Positions 31,610 to 40,351 of a DNA stretch of 64,000 nt are shown piece after piece. Made by a program: the position numbers and the translations under genes. This stretch comes from an uncultured Candidatus Saccharibacteria bacterium (GTDB lineage: Bacteria > Patescibacteriota > Minisyncoccia > Phycocordibacterales > UBA918), in NCBI GenBank assembly GCA_964353135.1, contig CAYGTV010000002.1, forward strand, positions 1,125 through 65,124, in the 5' to 3' direction. A model generated the notes under the pieces. The model ran no database searches. It worked only from the letters and a program-made list of their open reading frames with translations, and was not told the origin of the DNA. Numbering within the stretch: position 1 is the first letter of the stretch; each line of letters begins with the position of its first letter.

Positions 31610-31838
31610 AGAATGCAGAAACTCCTTTGGGAGTTTTTTGCATTCTGGGTGACTAAGTGAGTGAATAGTTTCACTCACGTCCGGGAATCGAACGCCGGAG
31701 CGATGTGAGGAATTGAAATAGTCTGGGAGACTTTTTCAAAACGAACGAGTGAGGTGTGTCCCGCGGCACCTGCTAGATTGTGACTGAAAGGAAGCAAACT
31801 AGCTTGGTGACCGTCAGGACGATTCCCGGTAGTCGCCC
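31606..31838. mobile_element. palindromic element ending in a 19-bp duplicate of the tRNA-His 3' end
   Basis: cgattcccggtagtcgccc (31820-31838) = 29802-29820; inverted ccgggaatcg at 31681; several internal hairpins. Confidence 0.7.
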
Positions 31839-31898
31839 ATCATTTTAAGACAAGTTATATAAGGGTTTTCTGAGTACCCTACCGAGACGTTCGAACTG
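31839..31898. repeat. att-like right arm X, copy 1
   Basis: cattttaag..ataagggttttctgagtaccct..gagacgttcgaact; recurs at 33642 and 38814. Confidence 0.75.
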
Positions 31899-31996
31899 AA
31901 TGTTGCTTTTTAAATATATTTATTGCATAGTTGCCTGCAGAGAACATTTACGCGACAGTCTCGCGCAGTACTCTTCTATAAAGTTCATGTGAACCA

Positions 31997-32476
31997 ATGA
32001 AAGGATTCAGGATGACCTATACAGAAATTGAGAATACCATGGAGGCGCGCAAAGCACCTCCTGGGAAGTACCGCTTGCTGCTAGCAGGTGGTGGCGCCGA
32101 GCGTCCTCTGTGCCATGTTCAGGACTATGATCGTGCTGAACTCGCTTTGGAAGCGGCTGACAAACTTCTTCGTTCGAAGGAGATCAAGGGCTGGGGCATC
32201 GTTCACGACGGCAACGGACGGATTCTCACCCTCAACGATGGTCCTTCGCAGATGTATACCTACGATGACCTTCTTAAAACTTACGGTGGAGGCAAACGTC
32301 AACTTAGCAATCGGGCGTTTACCGCTGCACATGCTGACGCAATCGAAGCTCTCCAACCGGAGAGACTGCCTGGTTGGCAGAAAGGCGACCGTATGCTGGT
32401 CTTTTGGCAAGACATTGAAAAGGCGACTGGTGCCGTTGCCCTTTGCGGTGACATTCATGGTGTAATCAGCGGTTGA
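31997..32476 (+). CDS. hypothetical protein
   Basis: 159-aa ORF followed by a GC hairpin and T-run (~32510-32545). Confidence 0.55.
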   Translation: MKGFRMTYTEIENTMEARKAPPGKYRLLLAGGGAERPLCHVQDYDRAELALEAADKLLRSKEIKGWGIVHDGNGRILTLNDGPSQMYTYDDLLKTYGGGKRQLSNRAFTAAHADAIEALQPERLPGWQKGDRMLVFWQDIEKATGAVALCGDIHGVISG

Positions 32477-32808
32477 CCACTACCCCACGCCCACAAGACG
32501 GAGAAATGCTCCGCCGACGTGATCTGGCGGCGGGGTTTTTCTTTTCATCATCTATATTCCCCTATCGAAGCTAGCTTTTCTTTCACACCACTCATATATT
32601 CCTGGTCTGAGAGAATGGTCAGAACAAGATTAGGACTCTGGCCCTAGTGAGAATTGAACGAATTAAACGTTACAATTCAACGACTTTTCAGTTCGAGCCA
32701 AACACTCCCCTTACACAAAATAGTGTATTCAGGGTGGAGTGAAATTGTAGGACACTTTACAGATACATTTTTTATAGTATTTTTGCACTGAAGACAACAA
32801 GGAGTCCT

Positions 32809-33252
32809 TTGATGAAACCAATAATTTGTGAACAAATCGCTCCCCCTGAAGTATTTGACATGCTTCATGAGCTATCAATAGGTAATGAAGCAACTGAGTT
32901 CATTGGCCGGACTCTCCACGAAGCAGAGTCAGGCGAAGGTCTATGTACCTTTGATGCCAATGAGCAACCAAACAGTAGAACAATGACGTTGATGTTTATG
33001 CTGCAAGCCCGAATGACTGGTGAAGTCGACAGAGCGGAAATGCTTAGGGAAAGTGGTTTGGCGGCAGAAATATCTGACGACAACAGCGACGACCTTGAAA
33101 ACTGGGATGGTATTGCATTGGCAATGCTGTTCGCAAGCGACGAATTGTTGGACAGAATGATTGCAAGCCTTCCACCTGAAGTGCGAAGCGTCATCATCTC
33201 CCAAATGCCAACCGAGCAACATGCACTTGCTCGTTCAATGTTCACAACATAG
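32809..33252 (+). CDS. hypothetical acidic protein
   Basis: AAGGAG SD; 147 aa. Confidence 0.6.
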   Translation: MMKPIICEQIAPPEVFDMLHELSIGNEATEFIGRTLHEAESGEGLCTFDANEQPNSRTMTLMFMLQARMTGEVDRAEMLRESGLAAEISDDNSDDLENWDGIALAMLFASDELLDRMIASLPPEVRSVIISQMPTEQHALARSMFTT

Positions 33253-33266
33253 AAAAAGAGACAAAC

Positions 33267-33464
33267 ATGTCAGATGATTTTGAATCATTCAAAGCCAGGG
33301 TGGAAGATGTTATTGTTGAGAAATTCAACGAATTTCGGCTTACCCAGGCAAACACGCTGCGGGAATCCGCAGCTTCAGCAACAGGTCAACGTAAAGACTT
33401 GCTGCTCAAAATGGCTGACGACTGGGAAAATGCCGCCACTCCTACGATAGAGGCTGCAGACTAA
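33267..33464 (+). CDS. small hypothetical protein
   Basis: Co-oriented with the previous ORF; terminator follows. Confidence 0.55.
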   Translation: MSDDFESFKARVEDVIVEKFNEFRLTQANTLRESAASATGQRKDLLLKMADDWENAATPTIEAAD

Positions 33465-33515
33465 ACTTCCCCCCTTACAATTGAGCTATCCATTCGCTTC
33501 GGCAGTGGGTGGCTT

Positions 33516-33700
33516 TTTCTTTTGCCTACCAACCTAGTGGAACCACTTTCTCCCCTCTCACCTGAAACAAACCATTGCGTCACTTAACCATTCAAGACAC
33601 AGCTGTTCCAATTGGTTCCACCCGAGGGTCGGTAGTCGCCCAACGTTTTGAAGTAGATTTTATAAGGGTTTTCTAAGTACCCTAATGAGACGTTCGAACT
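33516..33700. repeat. junction: arm A + core gtcgccc + arm X
   Basis: Arm A is nearly identical to 37259-37385; core at 33635-33641 matches the tRNA-His 3' end; arm X as at 31839. Confidence 0.85.
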
Positions 33701-33732
33701 ATAAGTAAAAAGCCGCCCCGAGGGGCGACCGA

Positions 33733-34281
33733 TTAAGCATAATTTTTCTCAAGATACGCTTGGAGCTTTTCAATAGCTCTTCTTCGCATCGAAGTTTTGA
33801 CTGTCTGTTCTAGTGTCATCTCAGCCCAAGTAAGAGCCTCACCTTCTGGAACAAAGATGGGATTCCAACCGAAGCCCTCGCCTCTAGGTGATTCAGGTAC
33901 ACTGCCGCGGCACTCACCCAAGAAAAGATGGACACCTGTTTCATCACAAAGTGCGAAGCACGTCTCGGCCACTGCCCTCCGCTCCTTGTGACCCTTAAGC
34001 ATATCCGTCATACCTTGATTTCCAACAGATTCCAGAAACCATTTGACGAATGTACCAGGCAGTCCTTTGAGAGCCAGGAAGGTCAGAGCAGTATCTTCAA
34101 CCAGAACTGGGATACCAAGTTCAGCATAAGCGGCTTTTGCTTTTTCAGTCGCAACCTCTTCGAGAATCAAAGATTGAATCTCTGGAATATCCAGTTTTGC
34201 GTGTTGCACCTCAAAACTGAGATATTTACCGAGCTGAGCGGCTTTGTTGGGGTTTCCCGTAATAAACGTAAGTGATTTCAT
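33733..34281 (-). CDS. Ham1/RdgB non-canonical purine NTP pyrophosphatase
   Basis: FITGNPNK, EIQS, VEDT, LPG..VKWF, FGWNPIF, SMR. Confidence 0.9.
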   Translation of the reverse strand: MKSLTFITGNPNKAAQLGKYLSFEVQHAKLDIPEIQSLILEEVATEKAKAAYAELGIPVLVEDTALTFLALKGLPGTFVKWFLESVGNQGMTDMLKGHKERRAVAETCFALCDETGVHLFLGECRGSVPESPRGEGFGWNPIFVPEGEALTWAEMTLEQTVKTSMRRRAIEKLQAYLEKNYA

Positions 34282-34359
34282 AACTTTGTCCTTTCTACAG
34301 AATCTACGTTCAGCGTACACTCATTCTGGTTACTTTCAAGTTTTCAGTATCAAAATAAA

Positions 34360-34523
34360 ATATTGGAATAAACACCGTTTCATCCCCCAATCTCTCAAAC
34401 ACAGTTCGAACCTTACAGGTTCAGTACACCTTTTGGCTAGATTATTTCGTACACTCATAATCTACCTCAAAAGCTCTTTACAACTCACCCCGTGAGCTGT
34501 AAACATCCTCTACGACGTCGCTC
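34360..34523. repeat. junction arm B interrupted by a ~90-bp insert
   Basis: ctcaaacacagttcgaac (34394-34411) ... atcctctacgacgtcgc (34505-34521); contiguous at 38777 and 40993. Confidence 0.75.
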
Positions 34524-34529
34524 AATATA

Positions 34530-34557
34530 TTGACATATACATTTTTTGTGTTATTTT
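34530..34557 (+). promoter_or_regulatory. sigma70-like promoter
   Basis: TTGACA-16 nt-TATTTT upstream of the 34594 ORF. Confidence 0.45.
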
Positions 34558-34593
34558 GATTTTGGACAGATGTGTCCTTAACTGCACCCAAGG

Positions 34594-34998
34594 GTGCTCC
34601 AGATGTGGAGAAATAACATGAGTGCTATTACTGTCGAAGCTCTTTTGACGGGCGCAAAGGCGATTGAATTAGCGAGAGACGAAGTTCGTCATTTCCTCGG
34701 CATCATGAAGCCAATATGTTCAAACTGCAGTCTCATCACTGAAAAATTTACTCTTCCTGATACAGAACGACGTTTCTGGTGGCAACTGAAACAGACCATT
34801 CACAAAAAATCGTTTTTCCAGCTTTGGGAAGTGGTCTCTTACGGTCACATTGAACGGCTATGGGAAGGGTTCGCTGACGATGTGCCATCTTCGGATAAAG
34901 TGATTTGCGTACGGAAAGCGCTGCCGTTTCTTCTTTCAGACTGCGAGAAGAAGATTCCAGATTTTGCAGAGAAAATTCAGCCCTATCTGATTTCCTGA
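34594..34998 (+). CDS. hypothetical protein
   Basis: Probable start at ATG 34618 after GGAG; terminator gccccgcc-ggcggggc+T at ~35026-35055. Confidence 0.55.
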   Translation: MLQMWRNNMSAITVEALLTGAKAIELARDEVRHFLGIMKPICSNCSLITEKFTLPDTERRFWWQLKQTIHKKSFFQLWEVVSYGHIERLWEGFADDVPSSDKVICVRKALPFLLSDCEKKIPDFAEKIQPYLIS

Positions 34999-35066
34999 TT
35001 CGAAACAGGTTTCAATACCGTAACTGCCCCGCCTACAATTGGCGGGGCTTTTTTTCTTTTCCCCCC

Positions 35067-35275
35067 TACCACCCCAGTGGAACCACTTTCGCCCCTCTTA
35101 CCTGAAACAAATCCTTGCGTCGCTTAACCAATCGAGACACATCTCTTCCAATTGGTTCCACCCTATGGACAGTAGTCGCCCTACTGCCCTAGATTCTCTA
35201 GGGACTATATAAATAAAGGTATTCTGGTTCGACTATACGAGGTTTTTTCGTTGTCCACTGGACTTAGTGGAACCA
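35067..35275. repeat. junction: arm A + core gtcgccc + arm Y
   Basis: Arm A as at 33516 and 37259; core at 35175-35181; arm Y (tactg.cct.gattctctagggactatataaataaag...agtggaa) recurs at 41030-41120. Confidence 0.85.
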
Positions 35276-35341
35276 AAGAAAAAGCCGCCCCATCGTGAGA
35301 CAGGACGGCATGTAAGTACACTTCAAGAACAGCCAGCTACT

Positions 35342-35737
35342 TCACCGCCAGTTCCGTGGCCACATTTCAGCAATGGCAGCCGAATGCGTCAGACTACCCA
35401 TGAATGCTTCCTCAAAGAGCACTCCTTGCTCGACAGCTTCATGCGGATTCCAGAACTTGAAGCGAAATTCCTGAACGATGGACATGTTCGGGTATCGCTT
35501 CTTTGCTCGGTCCAACGCCGCTGACAGACGAACACCTTCAGGCGACTCTGCAGTGAACGGAAAAGCCAGAAAAGAAGACATCCATCCACCTTTGAGAAGG
35601 ACTTCGTCAACTGCATGTTGCAGCAAAACATCACCGTCAGATACTTTGTCGAGTGCGTAGCGCAAACGCTGCACTGCGGGATGGCTCCATCCACGAACTT
35701 GTGATTCGCAGACTTTTGTTTCAGGTACAGTGGTCAT
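35342..35737 (-). CDS. hypothetical protein
   Basis: 131-aa ORF downstream of the GNAT gene, AAGGA SD. Confidence 0.5.
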   Translation of the reverse strand: MTTVPETKVCESQVRGWSHPAVQRLRYALDKVSDGDVLLQHAVDEVLLKGGWMSSFLAFPFTAESPEGVRLSAALDRAKKRYPNMSIVQEFRFKFWNPHEAVEQGVLFEEAFMGSLTHSAAIAEMWPRNWR

Positions 35738-35776
35738 GTGAGATTTCCTTTCAAGTCAAGTTTTGTCTCAAGATTT

Positions 35777-36364
35777 CTACTCAGATTCAGACAAGGCTCT
35801 GTCGGCCCAAAAGCCTTGTACTGCTTCATGCAGCAATAGTTCGAATGCCTTACCTTCGATTTTATATTGCTTCCAGGTGGTACCGTCCTGTTCAATGCGC
35901 TGGCCGTAGTAGTGCGCACCAAGACCTTCGTAGAGCCTGACGGCGTCGTAGTTCCAGTCCAAGACCTCAAAAGAGATTGTGTGGGTGTATTCACACACTT
36001 CCTTTGCTATCTTGCTGAAGAACTGCTTGGCCACACCTTGCCGCCGGACACTTTGCTCGACATACAAGTCATGCAGGCAAAACTCCCAGGAAGAGGCAAA
36101 CGAACTGAATCCACCATAGAACCCCATGGCAAATCCAACTGAAGAGCCATGCTCTGTCTCGGCAACCCAGGCATGTAGTTGTCGAGGGTCAGGCACTGGA
36201 AAGATACCTTCACGACTGATGTCCGTGTTTTGCAAAAAAAGCGCGAGGCTCGTTATACTGGGCTTGAAACTGTCTTCCATTTTTTCATACTTAGCAAGAC
36301 GCTTCATGAGTTGCACGATATTGCGTGTATCATCACGGGTGGCTCTGCGGATAGTGATTGTCAT
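35777..36364 (-). CDS. GNAT acetyltransferase (diamine acetyltransferase-like)
   Basis: LAKYEK, LHDLYV...RRQGVA, VLDWN..A..LY..LGA. Confidence 0.88.
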   Translation of the reverse strand: MTITIRRATRDDTRNIVQLMKRLAKYEKMEDSFKPSITSLALFLQNTDISREGIFPVPDPRQLHAWVAETEHGSSVGFAMGFYGGFSSFASSWEFCLHDLYVEQSVRRQGVAKQFFSKIAKEVCEYTHTISFEVLDWNYDAVRLYEGLGAHYYGQRIEQDGTTWKQYKIEGKAFELLLHEAVQGFWADRALSESE

Positions 36365-36512
36365 ATCAAAGACCTTTCTTCTGTTTGTTTACTAGTTCAA
36401 GAGCCACAGTACCAAAAAGTATTGAATAAAGGAAGTATATGTGGCATTGTTCGAACGAAACAGCACCTCTGTTACGAGAGTATCGTAAAGTTCAAATTTG
36501 GGAGAAGACCCG

Positions 36513-37214
36513 ATGATTGATATTCACGGCGGGTCGAAAGACCCACGAGCAGCTCGACTCAGCAACTTCACCAACCGACCCTTCATGTTTGATGGCATTG
36601 CGTGTGCAGGTATCGAAGGTATCCTGCAAGCTCTTAAGGAGCCTGAAGCAGCAAAACAGCCAGGTATCTGCGCTCTTCGAGGCAAGGCGGCCAAGAAAGC
36701 CGAAAACGACTTAAATGGCTGGAAAGAGTCCCAAACACTGTGGTGGAAAGGTGTCCCCTACGAACGGTGTGGCCAGTCCTACCAAGTGCTCATCACCTGT
36801 ATCTACAATGCGGTGTATGAACAGGACCCAACCTTCAAAGAAGACTTGCTTACCGTTGAACTGGATGATATTTGCCACAGCATCGGCAATCCCGACCAAC
36901 GGGACACTGTGCTGACAGAGGTGGAGATGATTCACCAACTCAACAGGTTACGACTGCGAGCACTTCGGTCTGAAGGCAAACTACCTTCCAAAAAACCAAC
37001 TATGGACAATATTCCACACTACCGTGGAGTAAAGAAAGACGGCGACCCATTAGTTTTTCTGAAGCGACACTACGCCGACTGGATAGCTCTTGGTTTTCTA
37101 ACACAGGTGAACCTCCGTCAACATGACGAAAAGCTGGTAAACTCCCTGAAGTACAAACTTCGTACCGAAGGCAGAAAGCTAGCCGACATGGTTCCGCCTG
37201 GCATCAGGCGCTAA
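36513..37214 (+). CDS. phage T4 gp30.3-like NADAR-family protein with C-terminal extension
   Basis: LSNF..RPF.FDG....IEG.LQ..K and QTLWWKGVP..R....Y motifs, recalled from the T4 30.3 family. Confidence 0.65.
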   Translation: MIDIHGGSKDPRAARLSNFTNRPFMFDGIACAGIEGILQALKEPEAAKQPGICALRGKAAKKAENDLNGWKESQTLWWKGVPYERCGQSYQVLITCIYNAVYEQDPTFKEDLLTVELDDICHSIGNPDQRDTVLTEVEMIHQLNRLRLRALRSEGKLPSKKPTMDNIPHYRGVKKDGDPLVFLKRHYADWIALGFLTQVNLRQHDEKLVNSLKYKLRTEGRKLADMVPPGIRR

Positions 37215-37258
37215 CCACCCTGCACCAAGGAGACATCCTCTCCAATTAGTGCAGGGTG

Positions 37259-37385
37259 TTTTCTTTTGCCTACCAACCTAGTGGAACCACATTCTCCCCT
37301 CTTACCTGAAACAAACCCTTGCATCGCTTAACCAATCGAGACAGAGCTCTTCCAATTGGTTCCACCCAAGGGTCGGTAGTCGCCC
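37259..37385. repeat. junction arm A + core
   Basis: Minus strand encodes GRLPTLGWNQLEELCLDWLSDARVCFR*; core gtcgccc at 37379-37385. Confidence 0.85.
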
Positions 37386-37484
37386 AGCGAAAAATATCTT
37401 CAGTAAACGAAGATATACAACAACATCTGAGTTCTGATATTTACTACACGTAATGGGAATTAGGAACTTTGGTATACTTTTTGT

Positions 37485-38498
37485 ATGAAAAACATTCAAT
37501 ACATTGAAGTGACAGGCTCTGCGTACGAACGTGGATTAAAGCAAGGAGTGGAGCTACAGGAAAGAATCAAACAAAATATTGAATTCTATAAGACTGTTGT
37601 TGATATACCAGAAGATGAACTCTTCCCCCAAGTGAGCCATTTTGCTCAAGTGATAAAGGATTTTAATGAAGAGTACGCCACTGAAATAGAAGCTATTGCC
37701 GAAGGAGCTGGGGTTGATTCAATCTGGATTTATTTCCTCAACTGTCGTACCGAACTAATCAACAACAAGAAAGTAACCGAGTGCACCACGTTCTTTTTCA
37801 AAGAAACGGCTATTTTGGGTGAAAATTGGGACTGGTCACAAAGGAGTGAGAAACTCATGATTGTAATCAAAGCAACGTCAGAGGATGGTCACTCGTATAC
37901 ACAAGTGACTGAACCTGGGATTTTAGGAAAGATAGGTATGAACGACAGAGGTGTTGGAGTATGCCTCAACATCTTGTTTGCCGAACGAGACAGAGTGTTT
38001 GGAGTACCAATTCATATTCTATGTAGAGCAGTGTTGGATTCTGAAGATGTTGTCACTGCTAAGCGTTTGGTTGAGGAGTACGGTAAAAACACAGCTAGTA
38101 ACTTACTCATCGGTGATGCCAGTGGAGCAAGCACTGACCTTGAGCTGGACGGTTTAAAAGTACTGGAACACACCACAGATGGAGCCGTTCTATTTCACAC
38201 CAATCACTACTTACGTGAAGAAAACAAAGACGAATGGATTCCTAAAAACTCACTAGCTAGACATACTTGTATAACAGGGAAAGTAATCGAACTGAACAGC
38301 TATTCAGTTGACGATGCTAAAGCCCTTCTCTCCGACAAGTCTGAGGGTGAAAAAGCGTTGTGTCGTGCATACTCACCAAAACCGCTAACAGGAATGCACG
38401 GAACAGTTGCGTCTATTGTGATGGACTTGAATAAGCGACAACTATACGTTACTGATGGAAATCCGATCGAGAATGAGTACGTAGTGTTTGATGTGTAG
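37485..38498 (+). CDS. peptidase C45 (Ntn-hydrolase/acyltransferase)
   Basis: ECT autoprocessing site, GENWDW, KIGMN..G, HTNHY. Confidence 0.9.
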   Translation: MKNIQYIEVTGSAYERGLKQGVELQERIKQNIEFYKTVVDIPEDELFPQVSHFAQVIKDFNEEYATEIEAIAEGAGVDSIWIYFLNCRTELINNKKVTECTTFFFKETAILGENWDWSQRSEKLMIVIKATSEDGHSYTQVTEPGILGKIGMNDRGVGVCLNILFAERDRVFGVPIHILCRAVLDSEDVVTAKRLVEEYGKNTASNLLIGDASGASTDLELDGLKVLEHTTDGAVLFHTNHYLREENKDEWIPKNSLARHTCITGKVIELNSYSVDDAKALLSDKSEGEKALCRAYSPKPLTGMHGTVASIVMDLNKRQLYVTDGNPIENEYVVFDV

Positions 38499-38550
38499 AA
38501 TAAATTAAAATACTTGCATTTGTAATAAAGTGTGTTACTATCTTACCTAT

Positions 38551-38674
38551 CCAGTGCTCGGCGCTGGAAACAAGGACTAGGTCGTAACAAGTGTTACGTA
38601 GCGGAAGCTGCGGAACAAACGCATGGGGTGTAGTCCCAGGCGGTCGGTGAGAGCAAATCCATCGACCGCCACCA
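38551..38674 (+). ncRNA. candidate small RNA with a 16S rRNA 3'-end (h44/h45) mimic and a tRNA-like ACCA end
   Basis: TTGCAT-16-TACTAT promoter at 38514-38541; ggactaggtcgtaacaag..cgtagcGGAAgctgcg; ggcggtcg..cgaccgcc-ACCA; T-run at ~38710. Confidence 0.6.
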
Positions 38675-38713
38675 CAGTTCAAATTTGCCAGCCGCTATGT
38701 GTCTGGTCTTTTT

Positions 38714-38872
38714 TTATATTGAAACAATTCCAGTGTTAATGAACGATGGAATATACAAAGTCACATCTCCCCTCTCCTCAAACACAGTTCGAACTTCCTC
38801 TACGACGTCGCCCAGCATTTTGAAGCAAGTATTGTAAGGTTTTTCTGGATACCCTACCTGGACGATTGAACC
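38714..38872. repeat. junction: arm B + core gtcgccc + arm X
   Basis: Minus strand is open across the core: GSIVQVGYPEKPYNTCFKMLGDVVEEVRTVFEERGDVTLYIPSF...*; core at 38807-38813. Confidence 0.85.
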
Positions 38873-38921
38873 AAAACAAAACCCCTCATAACGGGGGTAT
38901 TGTTTTGAGTAATGTATGGAG

Positions 38922-40343
38922 TTAATCTTTAATCTCTAGATCAAGTGCCCCAGAGATCACTGATTGTGAAAGTCCTGAACGAGTAGCTAATGCCGTAATA
39001 AGCGTGGTCTTTCCTGTGTATGGCATTTCAAACTCATCTCGTGTACCACTGTATTCGAGTCGAACCTCAGCGATACCCTCTTCTACTCGTACTTCAATCT
39101 TCACTCGACCATCAGAATCATCAGGGGAATCTCCGCTATCGTCACCACTAGAATCCGAGTCGTCGTCAGAACCATTATTAGAATTAGAAGATGAATTATC
39201 ACTATAGTCATCAGAATCTTTGGCTCGGCTCGCTCGATCTTCAATCTCAAAATCTAGAACACGCTCGACGGTCGCGCGGTCGACATTAAAGCGAGCAACG
39301 ATTTCAGCGATTACTTCCTCTCCAGTGTCGGCAGTAGTTTCAAAGGTAGTTTTTCGGTCATTGATTTCCACCTTTATAATCGTGGTGTCGGTGAAGACAT
39401 CAGCTTCGGCTTCAAAGAAACTACTACTTGAAGAACGACTGTCATCGCTTGAATCATCGTCTTCACGTACTCGCACCTCTACTTCACCGTCCTTCTCTTC
39501 AATTCGAATTCGAGTTTCACCATCTCTAATTTCAATCCGAGAATCGCCATCATCATCATTTCGCACTTCTACTTGTGCCGAGCTGCTATCAAACGAGCGC
39601 AGTAATTCTTCAACAAATCTAGATTGATCATCATCGCTCAGTGAGCCAGTCAATTCTTCAAACAGCGTTACCGATGTACGCACGCGGTCGTCATCACTAG
39701 ACACGCTAGTAGACAAATCCTTTACCCGGCTCGCTCGATCTTCAATCTCAAAATCAAGGACTCGGTCGACTGTTGCGCGGTCAACATTGAAGCGAGCAAC
39801 GATTTCAGCGATTACCTCCTCTCGAGTGTCGGCAGTAGTTTCAAAGGTGGTCTTTCGGTCATTGATTTCCACCTTTATAATCGTGGTGTCAGAGAAGACA
39901 TCAGCTTCGGCTTCAAATTGGGTAATAATTACTTCATTTGAATTATCATCATTACTTGAATTGTCCTCCTCAAGTAGCGAACGGAGTTCGGCTAATCGTT
40001 CTTCTGCAAAAACAATCTTCAGACGTGCTTCCGCTTCGTCGCTTGTCGCGAGTGCAAGACGAACATCTTCAATCGCTTGGTCAATTGGGAAAAGTAAGTC
40101 TCCTGGGCGAGCTGACTCTGATGCGGCAGCTGTTCCGCCAACTCCTAGCATAAGTACGATAGCTGCAATAATTGGTGCCATAGGTTTTTTAAAATTAAAG
40201 TTTAATAGATATGGTGACGGAATCGGACTTGCTGTCACAGTTTCAGTTTTAATTCGCTCCCATAACTCGTTTTTTTGTGCCGTAGTGAGTGAAGCGGCTT
40301 TTTGGTCGAGGTGAGTCTCTAAGTTATTTTTTTTCATAGACAT
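38922..40343 (-). CDS. DUF5667-containing membrane protein, probable anti-sigma partner, with an internal duplication
   Basis: TM helix, then A.PGD.LFP.D..IE..RL and AEERL.E; Asp/Ser-rich linkers; downstream of an ECF sigma. Confidence 0.75.
   Translation of the reverse strand: MSMKKNNLETHLDQKAASLTTAQKNELWERIKTETVTASPIPSPYLLNFNFKKPMAPIIAAIVLMLGVGGTAAASESARPGDLLFPIDQAIEDVRLALATSDEAEARLKIVFAEERLAELRSLLEEDNSSNDDNSNEVIITQFEAEADVFSDTTIIKVEINDRKTTFETTADTREEVIAEIVARFNVDRATVDRVLDFEIEDRASRVKDLSTSVSSDDDRVRTSVTLFEELTGSLSDDDQSRFVEELLRSFDSSSAQVEVRNDDDGDSRIEIRDGETRIRIEEKDGEVEVRVREDDDSSDDSRSSSSSFFEAEADVFTDTTIIKVEINDRKTTFETTADTGEEVIAEIVARFNVDRATVERVLDFEIEDRASRAKDSDDYSDNSSSNSNNGSDDDSDSSGDDSGDSPDDSDGRVKIEVRVEEGIAEVRLEYSGTRDEFEMPYTGKTTLITALATRSGLSQSVISGALDLEIKD
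39226..39917. repeat. 191-bp intragenic direct repeat (39226-39416 / 39727-39917)
   Basis: FEAEADVF.DTTIIKVEINDRKTTFETTADT.EEVIAEIVARFNVDRATV.RVLDFEIEDRASR occurs twice. Confidence 0.9.
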
Positions 40344-40351
40344 ATTACTAC

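Noticed and set aside
32590-32710. Additional junction between the 31997 and 32809 ORFs
   Set aside because: Only a cagttcga-like fragment is present, with no core or alignable arm.
37302-37499. 65-aa minus-strand ORF as a real gene
   Set aside because: Only the C-terminal 27 codons are conserved, as arm A. The upstream part overlaps the C45 promoter and start.
38574-38617. 16S rRNA gene
   Set aside because: Only ~40 nt are similar, with no upstream 16S body and no anti-SD. Treated as a candidate mimic RNA instead.
38639-38674. tRNA or tmRNA gene
   Set aside because: No D or anticodon arms, no canonical TTC T-loop and no tag ORF could be seen.
39226-39917. DGR template/variable repeat pair
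   Set aside because: Both copies are in-frame within one gene, the differences are mostly synonymous and not adenine-specific, and there is no reverse transcriptase in the window.
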